Part shown: positions 25,985 through 38,432 of the stretch, one piece after another
Position numbering within the stretch: position 1 is the stretch's first letter
How the letters are laid out: each line of letters begins with the position of its first letter
Source of the DNA: Malacoraja senta
Taxonomy: Eukaryota
Length of the DNA stretch: 64,000 nucleotides
Direction: 5' to 3'
NCBI GenBank assembly: GCA_038087875.1
Contig: CM075996.1
Location: 7,752,001 to 7,816,000, forward strand
Notes under the pieces: model-generated
What the model was told of the DNA's origin: nothing
The model's database searches: none
What the model saw: only the letters and a program-made list of their open reading frames with translations
Made by a program: the position numbers and the translations under genes

Positions 25985-26810
25985 ATGTTCAAACACTTCT
26001 AGAGGGGCAGAAACACCCCCTGGAGCCTGACATGTCAGAACAGGGCAGCTGGGAAGAAAACAAAATTCTTGCTTTTGCTAAAGGACTTGATGGATCCTGT
26101 GGCGTGGATCCCGGAGCAGATGCGCAGCTCGTTGGGCGAAATGCCTCATCGCCAGAACTCACCATCAAGCACCAAGACCTGGCATGGCAGGAGGTGAGGG
26201 GGGGCCTCCCAGTCAGATCTCCTGTCAGAATCTTACTACCAATGCAAGTTGCCCTTGGGACGGCTGCTACAGAGAGGACACAGTTGCCCACCTCTTCGCA
26301 AAGTGTGGATTTACGAAGAGAACCTGGAGAATGGTGCTAGGGTCCTTGTCACGGTTTATCCTGAACAACTCCGTAACAGAGGACTCTCTGATTTATGGAC
26401 TGTTCCTTGGGACACAATCGGTGAGAGATGCCCGTTGGTCTGCCCAAAACTTCATCTCCCAGAGGAGCGGGATGTCTGTCAAGGAACATTGCTGACTGGC
26501 CCATGTAGGAGTACGTGTTGAGGGACTCGCTGAAGTTTGGTGCAGCCGACATCGAGGCTCTGTGGGGGAGGACCACAGTCGGGGGCTCTTCCACGGCGGG
26601 ACATGGAGGGGAAGGGGAATTGGCAGGGTATGGTGAAAGGTGAAAGCAAGTCTCAAACAAGGGAAGGGATATCACCCCGGGGAACTACATGAGTGGCTAG
26701 CATGATTGGTACGAATGTATGCATGAACGTCGAGAATGTCAGAAGAATCTTTGCACTGTTCTTGTTTTTTTTAACTTTTTTTATTACTCTGATTAAAGTT
26801 TATTTTTTAA
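25985..26810 (+). mobile_element. Tx1-like LINE 3' end
   Basis: CPWDGCYREDTVAHLFAKC zinc knuckle, VTEDSLIYGLF, YVLRDSLKFGAADIEALWGRTTV, then T-rich 3'UTR with attaaa. Confidence 0.8.
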
Positions 26811-27286
26811 AAGAAAATGCACAATACCAAATTGGAAGATCAACTTGCAATAATATTACAAATTTTGTTTCCATGCACGTATTTTCATTAATTTATACTT
26901 TTCTTCCACACACATGCCAGAAGTAGGTTGATGTATTTATCCATCCCCCAGTGTTACTTGCAGGAGATCAAGTCTTTCTGTATAGGGGGGAACTGCAGAT
27001 GCTAGTTTAAACCAAAGACAGACACAAAAAGCTGGAGTAAGTCAGTGTAGACAAAAATTGCTGGAGAAACTCAGTGGGTGAGGCAGCATCTATGGAGAAA
27101 AAGAATAGGTGACATTTCGGTCAAGACGGGTTTCAAAAAGGGTCTCAAACCAAAATGTCACCTATTCTTTTTCTCCAGATATGGTGCCTGACCCTCTGAG
27201 GTACTTCAGCATTTTGTGTCTGTCTGTGTTTTTTTCCCCTTGCTAACCTAACAGCAAAGAGTACTGATGGTGAGTTTGTACAGAGT

Positions 27287-28049
27287 GAGGGAGGGAAAGA
27301 GCGAGGGAGGAGAGATGGGAGGAGAGAGAGGGAGGGAAGAGAGGGTAAGAGAGAGAGGGAGGAAAGAGAGCGAGGGAAGAGAGAGAGGGGGGAAAGAGAG
27401 TGGGAGGGAAGATAGAGGGAGGGAAAAGAGAGAGGGAGGGAAAAGAGAGGGAGGGAAAAGAGAGAGGGAGGGAAGAGAGAATGGGAGGGAAGAGTGAATG
27501 GGAAGCGAGGGAGAGGAAAGCAGGGCAGGGGGGGAGGGAGGCAGGGAAGGGGGGAGGGAGGAGAGGGAGAGAGAGAGAGAGGGGGGGGAGAGAGGAGGAG
27601 GGAGCGAGAGGGGGAGGAGGGAAAGGGGAGAGGGAGGGAGAAGGGGAGAGGGAGGGAGAAGGGGAGAGGGGGGTAGGACAGAGGGGGGGGAGAGGATGGA
27701 GAGGGGAGAGAGGGGGGGAGAGAGGAGAGAGGAGGGGAGGGGGTGGAGAGAGGGAGGGGAGAGAGGGAGGGGGGAGGGTGGAGAGAGGAGGGAGGAGGGA
27801 GGAGGGAGGGTAGAGGAGGGAGGAGGGAGGAGGGAGGAGGGAGGAGGGAGGAGGGAGGAGGGAGGAGGGAGGAGGGAGGAGGGAGGAGGGAGGAGAGGGA
27901 GGAGGGAGGGGGGAGGAGGGAGGGAGGAGGGAGGAGGGAGGAGGGAGGAGGGAGGAGGGAGGAGAGGGAGGAGGGAGGGGGGAGGAGGGAGGAGGGAGGA
28001 GGGAGGAGGGAGGAGAGGGAGGAGAGGGAGGGGGGGGGGAGAGGGGAGG
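27287..28049. repeat. ~760-bp polypurine (G/A) tract including a GGAGGGA 7-mer array
   Basis: Almost exclusively G and A on the + strand. Confidence 0.95.
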
Positions 28050-28081
28050 CCCAGGGAGTTCAATGTCAACGCGGTCGTACC

Positions 28082-28093
28082 CAAAGATCTTTG
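28082..28093. mobile_element. 12-bp collapsed hAT element
   Basis: Palindrome caaagatctttg between 8-bp direct repeats gtcgtacc (28074-28081, 28094-28101). Confidence 0.7.
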
Positions 28094-28384
28094 GTCGTAC
28101 CTGCAAAACAACGCACCCCGTGACCACAAGCTCCGTCCCGCCCACTTCCGGCTGCGCTTTCCTTTACAAATATGGCGACCAAATCGCCGGCAGCATTCGT
28201 GCCATCTGGCTTCAGCGGAGTTCTTGCGTTTCCACTGGCCCGCGGAAGTAGGGGGAGTATGGAAGCGGCCACTCTGCCCCTCCGCTGCAGTGAAGGCCCA
28301 GGGGCCGCGCGGCGATGCCCCCCCCCCCCCAAAAGGCGAGGCCGCGGAGGCGCCTGGGAGTCGGTCGGTCGGTCTCCAGGAAGT

Positions 28385-28418
28385 GACGTCGGGCCGGAGC
28401 TGTGGCGGCGTGAGCGAG
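28385..28418 (+). other. txn2: Putative non-coding exon 1 of the TXN2-like gene (start approximate)
   Basis: Consensus donor GAG|GTGAGT at 28418/28419 in the CpG island; the coding ATG at 32591 directly follows an acceptor, so an upstream UTR exon is expected. Confidence 0.65.
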
Positions 28419-28487
28419 GTGAGTGGGGCCGGGGGAGGCAGCGCGGACATGGCCGGGAGACACAGAGAGAGAGAGAGAGACAGGGGC

Positions 28488-28950
28488 TCATGTTCACAAG
28501 TGATAGGAGCAGTCAGGCCATTCTGCCCATCAAGTCTACTCCCGCCGTTCAATCATGGCTAATCTATCTCTCCCTCCTAACCCCATTCTCCTGCCCTCCC
28601 CATGACCCCTGACACCGGTACTAAACCAGAATCTATCTATCTCTGCTTTAAATATATCCACTGACTTGGCCTCCACGGCCTTCTGTGGCAAAGAATTCCG
28701 CAGATTCACCACCCTCTGACTCAAGAAATTCCCTATCTCTTCCCTAAAGGAACATCCTTTTATTCTGAGGCTGTGACCTCTGCTCCTAGACTCTCCCACT
28801 AGTGGAAACATCCTCTCCACATCCACTCTTTCACTGTTCGGTAAGTTTCAATGAGGTTCCCCCCCTCATTCTTCTAAACTCCAGCGAGTACTGGCCCCGT
28901 ACACTCCGTCAAACGCTCATCATATGTTAGCCCACGCATTCCTGGGATCA
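28488..28950 (-). mobile_element. CR1 LINE 3' fragment
   Basis: DVERMFPLVGESRSRGHSLRIKG...RVVNLRNSLPQKAVEA. Confidence 0.85.
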
Positions 28951-30850
28951 TCCTTCTATCATCACTCTTATCAGTGCCTTTGGTAACACAAAAGCATAGG
29001 GGCATTGTGATGCTTTGCATGTTTGGATCTTATGAAGGCTCGGGATAAGTTTCCACACAGGACGTTGGTCAACAAATTAGGAGGTGGAGTAGGAAGGTTA
29101 CATTGAAGATAGACATAAAATGCTGGAGTATCTCAGCGGGACAGGTAGCATTTCTGGAGAGAAGGAATGGGTGACATTTTGGGTTAAGACCTTTCTTCAG
29201 ACTCTGAAGAAGGGTCTCAACCTGAAAAGTCATCCATTACCTCTCTTATTCTTACATTTTGTGTCAAAGTTGGACTATCTTTGAACAGACTTTACTGGCT
29301 TTACCTTGCACTGAACGTTATTCCCTTATGTATCGGTACACTGTGAATGGCTCGATTATAATCATGTATTTTCTTTCCGCTGACTGGCGAGCAAGCAACT
29401 AAAGATTTTCACTGCACCTCGGTGCACGTGACAATAAAGTGAACTGAAGTTAGGGAATAAAGTTGGGGGCGATGCACTGACGTGAATTCAATATTGATCA
29501 GGAAGCAAAGAGTGGGAAAAGAGATATCTTAGGGTTGAATTCTTATAATCACTAAGAATGGCCAAGCAATGCATCCTATCATCCTATCCATATCAGCTCC
29601 CAGCAGAGTGATCTATCTCATCAGTCCCATTATTCCCAACTTGCATGCCCAACTGCACTCATTTGCCACTTACATATATTAAGAGTATACATTTACAGTA
29701 TACATTTAAATGATTGGCACATCTTTGAGATGATGGAATGAAAGTCGAACACCTTTCAGGGATTTGTTCTTGGGCCTTGGCTTTATGTAATCCATGTCAA
29801 CTATTTGCCTGAGTATGTCAAATGTCAAATTTCCAGCGATAGACACAAAACCCTGGTGTAACTCACTGGGTCAGGCAACATCTCCGGAGAAAAGGAATGG
29901 TTGACGTTTCGGGTCGAGACCCTTCAGACTGTGAGTCAGGGGAGAGGGAAACTAGAGGTATGAAAAGATACAGAACAAATCATACCATGTCAAATTTCCA
30001 AGGTGGACAAAAATGCTGGAGAAACTCAGTGGGTGAGGCAGCATCTATGGAGCGAAGGAAATAGGCAACGTTTCGGGTCGAGACCCTTCTACATGTCAAA
30101 TTGCCATGTTTGCTGATGACACGTCTAGTCAGGATTGTGAGAAACTTGATTTTAAGAAGATATGGACAAGCTGATCCCGTGGGCAAGAAGGTGGCACATG
30201 GAATGTTGTATTAAAATCTGAAATTATCTGCTTTGTTACACAAAACAGATAAGTGGAATAGTTTTGAAATGGTATTGGATTGGGTAATGTGTGTGGGACC
30301 TCGGTGTTCTTGCACTTGTGTGACTGAAGTCAACATTCAGGTTGAGCAAGTGATCAGCAAGGCAAATGTTATGTTAACATATGCTAGAGGATTTTGGTAC
30401 AAGATTACACAATTATACCTGGCCCTGATGAATTTTCACCAGGAGTTATACATTTTGTCCCCTTGCCTAAAGAGGATGTACTAGCCATAGAGGGAGGATT
30501 TAGTAGTCTGATTCCATGGATGTCCGTTTTGCTGTGTCAGGAGAAATTGCGTAGACTAGGCCTGAATTATTTTAGATTTAGTGGGATGAGAGAAGATCAG
30601 ACTGAAAATTTGCATCTGGCCTAGAGGATTGAGTGCAGTAAGAATGTTTCCCCTTAGCCAAGGAGCATAGAACCAGGGGTTACAATTTCAAAATACCATG
30701 TAGGCCATTTAGGACTGAGGTGAGGGGAAATTTCTTCTTGAAGACATTGATAAATCTTTGCATTCCCCACTCTGCAACTGTGCATGCCTTTGAAGGCTCA
30801 AATATTTAGTTTAGAGATACGGTGTGGAAACAGGCCTTTCGGCCCACTGA

Positions 30851-31250
30851 GTCATAAGAGATAGGAGTAGAATTATGCCATTCGGCCTATCGAGTCTACT
30901 CTGCCATTCAAGCATGGCTGATCTATCTTTCCCTCCTGGCCTCTCCCCATAACCTCTGACACCTGTACTAACCAAGAATCTATCTATCTGTGCCTTAACA
31001 ATTACCACTGACTTGGCCTCCACAGCCTTCTGTGGCAAAGAATTTCACAGGTTCACCTCCCTCTGACTAAAGAGATTCCTCATCTCTTTCCTAAAAGAAT
31101 GTCCTTTAATTCTGAGGCTGTGACCTCTAGACCTAGACTCTCCCACACTAGTGGAAACATCCTCCCCACATCCACTCTATCCAAGCCTTTTACTATTCTG
31201 TATGTTTCAATGAGGTCCTCATTCTTCTAAACTCGAGTGAGTACAGGCCC
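30851..31250 (-). mobile_element. CR1 LINE 3' fragment
   Basis: Similar to 28488-28900. Confidence 0.8.
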
Positions 31251-32590
31251 AGATCTGGATCTCATTCCCGCCCTGGTAGATATCAGTTATATGGGAACCA
31301 CAAGTAACTGCAAATGCTGGAATCTTGAGTAAAACACCAAGAGCTGGAGGAACTCAGTGGGTCGGACAGCAATTTGTGGAGGGAATAGACAGGCAAGGTT
31401 TCTGGTCAGCACCCATCTTCAGACTGACCCTAAACAATATCGGTCGTATGATGGGAGTGATCTGAATGGCTCTGGTTGTATTTTCTTCCTACCTCTTTAG
31501 CAATTCAATAACTCAATGATACTTAATTGTCACATGTACCTAGGTACAGTGAAATGCTTTGTTTTGCATACAACCAGTAAAGTCCTGTAACAGACCTCGC
31601 CTAGGCAGTACACAAGTGGCGCCATGTTTTGCCGTCGACAAAGTGGCAAAAGTTCACCAGATGGTCCTATCTACTGCCTGCCACCAAACGTGGCAGCAGG
31701 CCTTCCCCCCCCCCCTCCTCGGCAGGGTCCCACCTTCATAAGCAGTTGCTTCTGTTCTTATATATATATTTTAATGTGCATACTATTTGTCACTTCCTCC
31801 AAAGATGTTAACTTTTGTCGGGAGCAGCTTCACAAATGACCATAGAAATACGAGTAGAATATTCATCTCTCAAACATTATATTTTCATTTTGATCACAGT
31901 TAAGCCTGATGATTTTGTGCTTCCATGTGAGCAGAAGATGCAGACCGTGAGGCTGTTGTTGGCTCTTCTTTCTCAACTGACTCTTAAACCCCAGCTAAGT
32001 GAGTACAGAGTACAGTAGGAGATTTTCTTGGTCTGCCATCAGTTGCTTGCAGCACAACCGATATGTAACACCAAGCATGATCGATCATATTATTCGATAA
32101 ACCTCAAGAGGCTAAAACTTACCGACTAGTGAAAGGCCTGGATAGAGTGGTTGTGTTTTCACAAGTGGGAGAGAGCAGGACCTTGGAATAAAAGGACGTA
32201 CCATTAGAAAGGAGATGAGGAGGAATTTCTTTCATCGGAGGGTGGTGACTCCTTGGAATTCGTTGTCACAATCATTGTGGCCCAGGAGGCCAAGTCATTG
32301 GGTATTTTTAAAGCAGAGATTGGCAGGTTCTTGATTAGTAAAGGTGTCAAACGTTCCAGGAGAGAAGGCAGGAGAATGGGGTTGAGAGGGAAGTTAGATC
32401 AGCCAGGATTGAAAGGAGGAGTAGACTTGATGGGTCGACTGGCCTGATTCTGCTCCTATGATTTATGAACTTGTGCATAACCTTCTGGTCCTGTATTTAT
32501 AAATGAGGTGAGTTGGTTGCACTTTGTTAATTGAAGGCTGTTGCTCTAATGTATTTTACACTTAATAACGCAAGTGGTTTGCATTTGCAG

Positions 32591-32868
32591 ATGGCACATA
32601 GGCATTTGCTGAGAAGGCTGCTGTCAGTGACCCTTCGGCAGGCCACTTGGCCACTGCGGTCTCCATCCTCAGCGCACCTTCCAGCCTTGACCTCCCTTTG
32701 CTGGCATGGCACCAAGCCTCCCTTTCACAACCGAGCCAGCCTTACCACCGCCAGAAGATTTTGTGCAAATCCTAGTTGTGATGTTTCCTTCAGTGTACAG
32801 AGCCCAGCAGATTTCACTGACCGAGTTATCAACAGTGCCAAACCAGTCGTGGTGAATTTCCATGCAAG
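32591..32868 (+). CDS. txn2: Mitochondrial thioredoxin (TXN2-like), first coding exon
   Basis: ttgcAG|ATG; MAHRHLLRRLLSVTLRQATW... (Arg/Leu/Ser-rich, acid-free transit-peptide-like) ...FSVQSPADFTDRVINSAKPVVVNFHA; donor AG|GTGAGT, phase 2. Confidence 0.93.
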
Positions 32869-34978
32869 GTGAGTTAATGCTGTTGGTTTCATTCTTTGTT
32901 GGATTTCTCACAGCCACAGCCTTGCTCTAAGCCAAATACATTTGCCTTTGGATCAGGATTAGTGCTCTTGAGTAGGAAGGAACTGCAGATGCTGGTTTAC
33001 GCCCATGATAGACACAAAATGCTGGGGTAACTCAGCGGGACAGGCGGCATCTCTGGGACTTGAACTTTATTTTGCCTTCCATCACAGTGAGGAATGTGTA
33101 AGAGTCACTGTGGTGGATGTTCATGTTAAAATGTGTTTTTGAGTGATCTGTTGCTTTTAATTATATAACTGACCTGGCCAATGAAATTCCTCGTATGTTG
33201 CAAAACATAATTGGCAAATAAAGTGTGATTCTGATTCTGAAAAGGAATGGGTGATGTTTCGGGTCGAGACCCTTCTTCAGACTAGAGTCAGGGGAAAGGG
33301 ACTTTGCTCTAGTCTGTAGAAGGGTCTCGACCTGAAACGTCACCCATTCCTTCTCTCCAGAGATGCTGCCTGTCCCGCTGAGTTAACTCCAGCTTTTTGT
33401 GTCGGTCTTAGGATTAGTGCTCCATTGCATTGTTATCTTTAAAATACAGTGACTCTTTTAATGCAGAACACATATCAACCCTGAGGCTTCTTAGCCACTT
33501 GCTGGGAAAACATTCCAAAACAAAAACTTGGACGTCAGGGTAGGACACATTGATGCCTTATGTAGCGACTTATGCCAGAAATGTTATTTTCCATCTTTTA
33601 AATAGTTTTATTTTACTTTCCAGTGGTCTTGCACAACATCACATGTTGTTGCAATTACTGGGTGATACTGGGAATGGATCTTTGTTCTCGGCTTAAGATA
33701 ACTGGTGCCAGATGAAATGGCAACAGGGTCAAATTCATCAGATGCTTGCCCCCTTTGTTAAAGATGTGGGAGGAGTAATAAATGGGCTAATGTTCCCATT
33801 TCTAATGTAAGGGAGAGAAATGGATAAACTGAATGCTAGGGATGGATAGAGTTGGAATCTTTCCCTGGTATAGTTCTTGTAGATCTTCACTGCACTCCAT
33901 TAGAGGCCTTGACATTATTTCTGAACTTTGATGCCCTGAACTAGATGTGTTATTTTTGCAGAGGCTCAACCAGTGATCCAAAAATCACATCCAGTGTAAA
34001 TCCCAATGTTGTAGGCAGGTGGTTGCATTTATGTACGTGCACCCATTTCAGGTCAGAAAGAAGCCTTTTAGCTCGATTGATCCGTGCTACGATTTAGTCA
34101 TACAGCATGGAAACGGACCCTTCGGCTCAACACGTCTATGACCAAGATACCCCATCTACCCCATTAGCCCACTGTCTCCACCTCTTCCATTCTTCTTCCC
34201 GCCCCCCATCCCCACATCAGTCTGAAGAGTCGCCTATTTCCTTCGCTCCATAGATGCTGCCTCATCCGCTGACTTTCTCCAGCATTTTTGATTACCCCCA
34301 TCTAAGCTTGTCTCTTTGCCTCCATTTTGTTCATATCCCTCTAAACCTTTCCTATCCATGTACTTGTTGATGTGTTTTTTTAAATGTTGTTATTGTACCA
34401 GCCTCAACTACTTCCTCTGGTAGCTTGTTCCACATACCCACCAATCACTAAATCATCCCATTGCATCCATTCCTTCTCACTCCAGCCTACATTTTCTATC
34501 TTCCTCTACTGGTTGTGGACTTGGCAACTTGGTTTCCCTATTTAAATGCATTCTCCTGGTTAGGTTAAACTAATAGAACCCAATATTTACCATTGATGAT
34601 GGAGCCAGAGCTGAGCATCCGAGGCAGCATCTGCCCTCTCACGTAGTCAGGAAAGATCCAGTGGAAAAGAAGAGTGGGCAAATTCTGTCCAATAAGTATC
34701 CCTCATTCAACATCACTGCAGCAGATAAACTGCCTGCGGGACAGGCAGCATCTCTGGAGAGAAGGAATGGGTGACGTTTTGTGTCGAGACCCTTCTTCAT
34801 AGTGCTGTTTGTAGGACCTTGTTGTCCCCAATTTGACTGTGCTTGACAAAGGGTACTTTGGTTAAGAATGTGGTGCAGTGGTAGAGTTGCTGCTTTACAG
34901 CGCCGGAGACCCGGGTTTGATCCTGACTATGGTGGCTGTCTGTGCGTTCTGCCCGTAGGTTTTCTCCGGGATCTCTGG

Positions 34979-35626
34979 TTTCAAGTTCAAGTGAGTTTAT
35001 TGTCATGTGTCCCTGATAGGACAATGAAATTCTTGCTTTGCTTCAGCACAACAGAACATAGTAGGCATTGACTACAAAACAGATCAGTGTGTCCATATAC
35101 CATTATATAAATATATACACACATGAATAAATAAACTGATAAACTGATAAAGTGCAAATAACAGATAATGGGCTATTAAAGTTCAGAGTTTTGTCCGAGC
35201 CAAGTTTAATAGCCTGATGGCTGTGGGGAAGTAGCTATTCCTGAACCTGGCTGTTGCAGTCTTCAGGCTCCTGTACCTTCTACCTGAAGGTAGCAGCGAG
35301 ATGAGTGTGTGGCCAGGATGGTGTGGGTCCTTGATGATACTGCCAGCCTTTTTGAGACAGCGACTGCGATAGATCCCATCGATGGAAGGGAGGTCAGAGC
35401 CAATGATGGACTGGGCAGTGTTTACTACTTTTTGTAGTCTTTTCCTCTCCAGGGCGCTCAAGTTGCCAAACCAAGCCACGATGCAACCGGTCAGCATGCT
35501 CTCTACTGTGCACCTGTAGAAGTTAGAGAGAGTCCTCCTTGACAAACCGACTCTCCGTAATCTTCTCAGGAAGTAGAGGCGCTGATGTGCTTTCTTAATA
35601 ATTGCATCAGTGTTCTCGGACCAGGA
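34979..35626 (-). mobile_element. Rex1/Babar LINE 3' fragment nested in an HE1 SINE (34869-34978 + 35627-35798)
   Basis: KKAHQRLYFLRRLRR...FYRCTVESMLTGCIVAWFGN...LLPSGRRYRS...SYFPTAIRLLN and cttgaa tail. Confidence 0.88.
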
Positions 35627-36852
35627 AAACACTCCCACACTCCGAAGACGTGCAGGTTCGGAGGTTAATTGGCTTGGTATAATTGTAAATTGTACCCTAG
35701 TGTGCGTGTGATAGCGTTAGTATGCGGTGATTGCTGGTAGGTGCGGACTCGTGGAGCCGAAGAGCCTGTTTCCGCACTGCATCTCTAAACTAAACTAAAT
35801 GTCTGTTTTACCATTTCCCATGCAGTCACTTTGAGACTGCTAGGCAAGTGCATGCTTGTGAGTTGAAGGAATTTTTTCCGTGGACAATTAGTTCTGGAAC
35901 TAGGCAAATAACTTGTCTGAACTCATTTGGCTTCTTGTGGTGCAGAGAAAAGGAAACAAACTTTGGCCACCCGAGTTATAATAGGAGCCATCCTTTATTA
36001 AAAGGTACCACCCTCTGCTATTTCCTGGATTAGCATCTTTGTTCCCACATTAAAAGTGATATTGAGCAGTGCAGAATAATGTGTGAGGGACTTAGAAACG
36101 TCAACAGGGCAGAAGCACTGGGCCTGGAGAGGAGCAGTGCTTTGATAAAACTAATTACTACTCTTGGCATGCCACCCATTGGTGTCATTCACTTCTTCCC
36201 AAATGCCTTCCCGTACACCGTTTTGTGGTCTTACCCTCCACCCTGCCCCCACATACTGCAATCTGATGGAGAGCATGCCTTGGCTTATCCCTTAGCTGAT
36301 TAAATCCATGTCCACGCACGGATAAAGTCAAATTATCTGTTGACAGTGGAAGATGCAGGACCCAGCTTTTGCACACTCAAACACCACCTTCCTCTCTTCC
36401 CTTATATTGCAAAGAAACATTCTGATACATGCTTCCTTCAGGCTCTTGCATCTGTTTGAATGAACCATAACATCAGTGATGAGTGCCCACAAGTCGTACA
36501 GGTTTTTGAAGCTCGAGTCCTGACTCGCCCAGTAGCTGCCTCTGACTCTACAACCCGTCCACTTACACCCCTTGGACCTGTTATTGACCTTCACTTCAGG
36601 CTCCAAGAAAGAATGAAGTGCGGTTTTCTTTGTTGTAATGAGCAGAGTAGGTCCAACGAGTTAGGATTATCCAGTTTGAAATGGACACTGCGCAAACACT
36701 GTGTTTGTAGTCAAGCCCTGCTTCCTGCAGATGATTTATGAGGTAAAGTGAATGCGACCATGTAGCTTCTCCCCTTAATTAGGAACATGTGCAATAATAT
36801 GAGAGGGACACTTGCTTTGAATGTACTGATATTAAAACTGAACAGCGAAAAG

Positions 36853-37233
36853 AGAAGGTGGACAAAAACGCTGGAGAAACTCAGCGGATAAGGCAGCTTC
36901 TATGGAGCGAAGGAAATAGGCAACGTTGCGGGTTGAAACTCTTCTTCAGACTGGGTTAGGATGCGGTCGTAGAGTTGGTGGGAAGGGGGAATCACAGAGG
37001 GGGGCAGTGAGAGGAGGTTGTTAAACTGTCTTCGGAGGGAGGAGGAAAACTTCTTCAAAGTAGGCATACCTTGAGGAGATTTCGCAGTGGGGTAGACAAA
37101 ATTTTTAAGAAGGAACGGCAGATGCTGGAAAATCGAAGGTAGACAAAAACGCTGGAGAAACGCAGCGGGTGAGGCAGCATCTATGGAGCAAAGGAAATAA
37201 GCAATGTTTCGGGTCGAAACCCTTCTTCAGACT
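36853..37233 (-). mobile_element. Penelope-derived element with two direct terminal repeats
   Basis: Two same-orientation copies (36853-36952, 37105-37233) around a unique spacer. Confidence 0.7.
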
Positions 37234-37667
37234 GTAAAAGAAAATTTACATTTATATAAAGCAACTTTCAAACCTCGGGATACTCAAAATGATATATGAC
37301 CAGGGAAATGATTTTTTTAAAGTATTATATTAACCAGGGGTTGGTGTAGACAAGGTAACTTCCAAGTATTGAACAGATAATTGTGTATAGACACAAAAAG
37401 CTAGAGTAACTCAGCGGGACAGACTGAAGAAGGGTCTCAACCCGAAACATCACCCATTCTTTCTCTCCAGAGATGCTGCCTGTCCCGCTGAGTCACTCCA
37501 GCTTTTTGTCTCTCTATCTTCGGTTTAAACCAGCATCTGCAGTTCCTTCGTACAGATGATTGTGCATGTAGTGATTGCTCGGGAATGAGATTGGCCTGTG
37601 TGCCAAGGGTAACACTTGTGCTCTGTTAAGTAGTACAGGAGTTGTTTATTTAGGGTTGTTTATTTAA

Positions 37668-37940
37668 ACAGGGCCTTCGGCCCACCGAGTCCACACTGAC
37701 CAGCAATTCCTACACACTAACACTACCCCACACACACTAGGGGCAATTTACATTTATACCAAGCCAATTGACCTACAAACCTGTACGTCTTTGGAGTGTG
37801 GGAGGAAGATCTCGGAGAAAACGCTCGCAGGTCACGGGGGGAATGTACAAACTCCGTACAGACAAGCACCCGTAGTCAGGATTGAACCGGGGTCACTGAC
37901 GCTGTAAGGCAGTAGCTGTACCACTGTACCACCATGCCAC
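37668..37940 (-). mobile_element. HE1-type V-SINE
   Basis: Reverse complement of the SINE seen at 54596-54907. Confidence 0.85.
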
Positions 37941-38130
37941 ACGTGGGTTTATGCCCACTTAAGGAGGAGAATTGTTTTACATCTTCCGTAAAAGAAGGCA
38001 CCTCTGAACTCGGTCATTCCTTCACCAGTCTAGATTATGAGTTCAAATTTCTGGAGTAGACGTACCACAGGTTTCAGACGTTGCGGGAACGTTCAACCCC
38101 TCGAGCCACAAACGCAGCAATTATAGATTA

Positions 38131-38432
38131 GGCGGTAGAGTTGATGCCTTACAGCGAATGCAGCGCCGGAGGCCCGGGTTCGATCCCGACTACGGGTTCT
38201 GTCTGTACGGCGTTTGTACATTCTCCCTGTGACCTGCGTGGGGTTTTCTCCGAGATCTTCGGTTTCCTCCCACACTCCAAAGACGTACAGGTTTGTGGGT
38301 TCATTGGCTTGGTAAATGTAAAAATTGTCCCTAGTGGGTGTAGGATAGTGTTAATGTGCGGGGATCGCTGGTCGGCGAGGACCCGGTGGGCCGAAGGGCC
38401 TGTTTCCATGCTTTATCTCTAATTTAAACTAA
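38131..38432 (+). mobile_element. HE1-type V-SINE
   Basis: B-box gggttcgatcc, ggtttcctcccacactccaaagac, tgggccgaagggcctgtttcc tail. Confidence 0.88.

Larger units (their letters stand above)
28050..28460. promoter_or_regulatory. CpG-rich, possibly bidirectional promoter of the TXN2-like gene
   Basis: High CpG density; GC box 28137-28143, ETS/GABPA CCGGAAGTG on minus (28143-28151), YY1-like aatatggcgac (28169-28179), ETS-CRE-like caggaagtgacgtc (28377-28390). Confidence 0.75.

Noticed and set aside
27243..28562. Long Pro/Ser/Leu- or Gly/Arg/Glu-rich ORFs (300-434 aa)
   Set aside because: Artefacts of the stop-free polypurine tract and CpG island
35183..35638. RT-like ORFs as host genes (also 45106-45546, 48799-49122)
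   Set aside because: 5'-truncated Rex1/CR1 retrotransposon fragments
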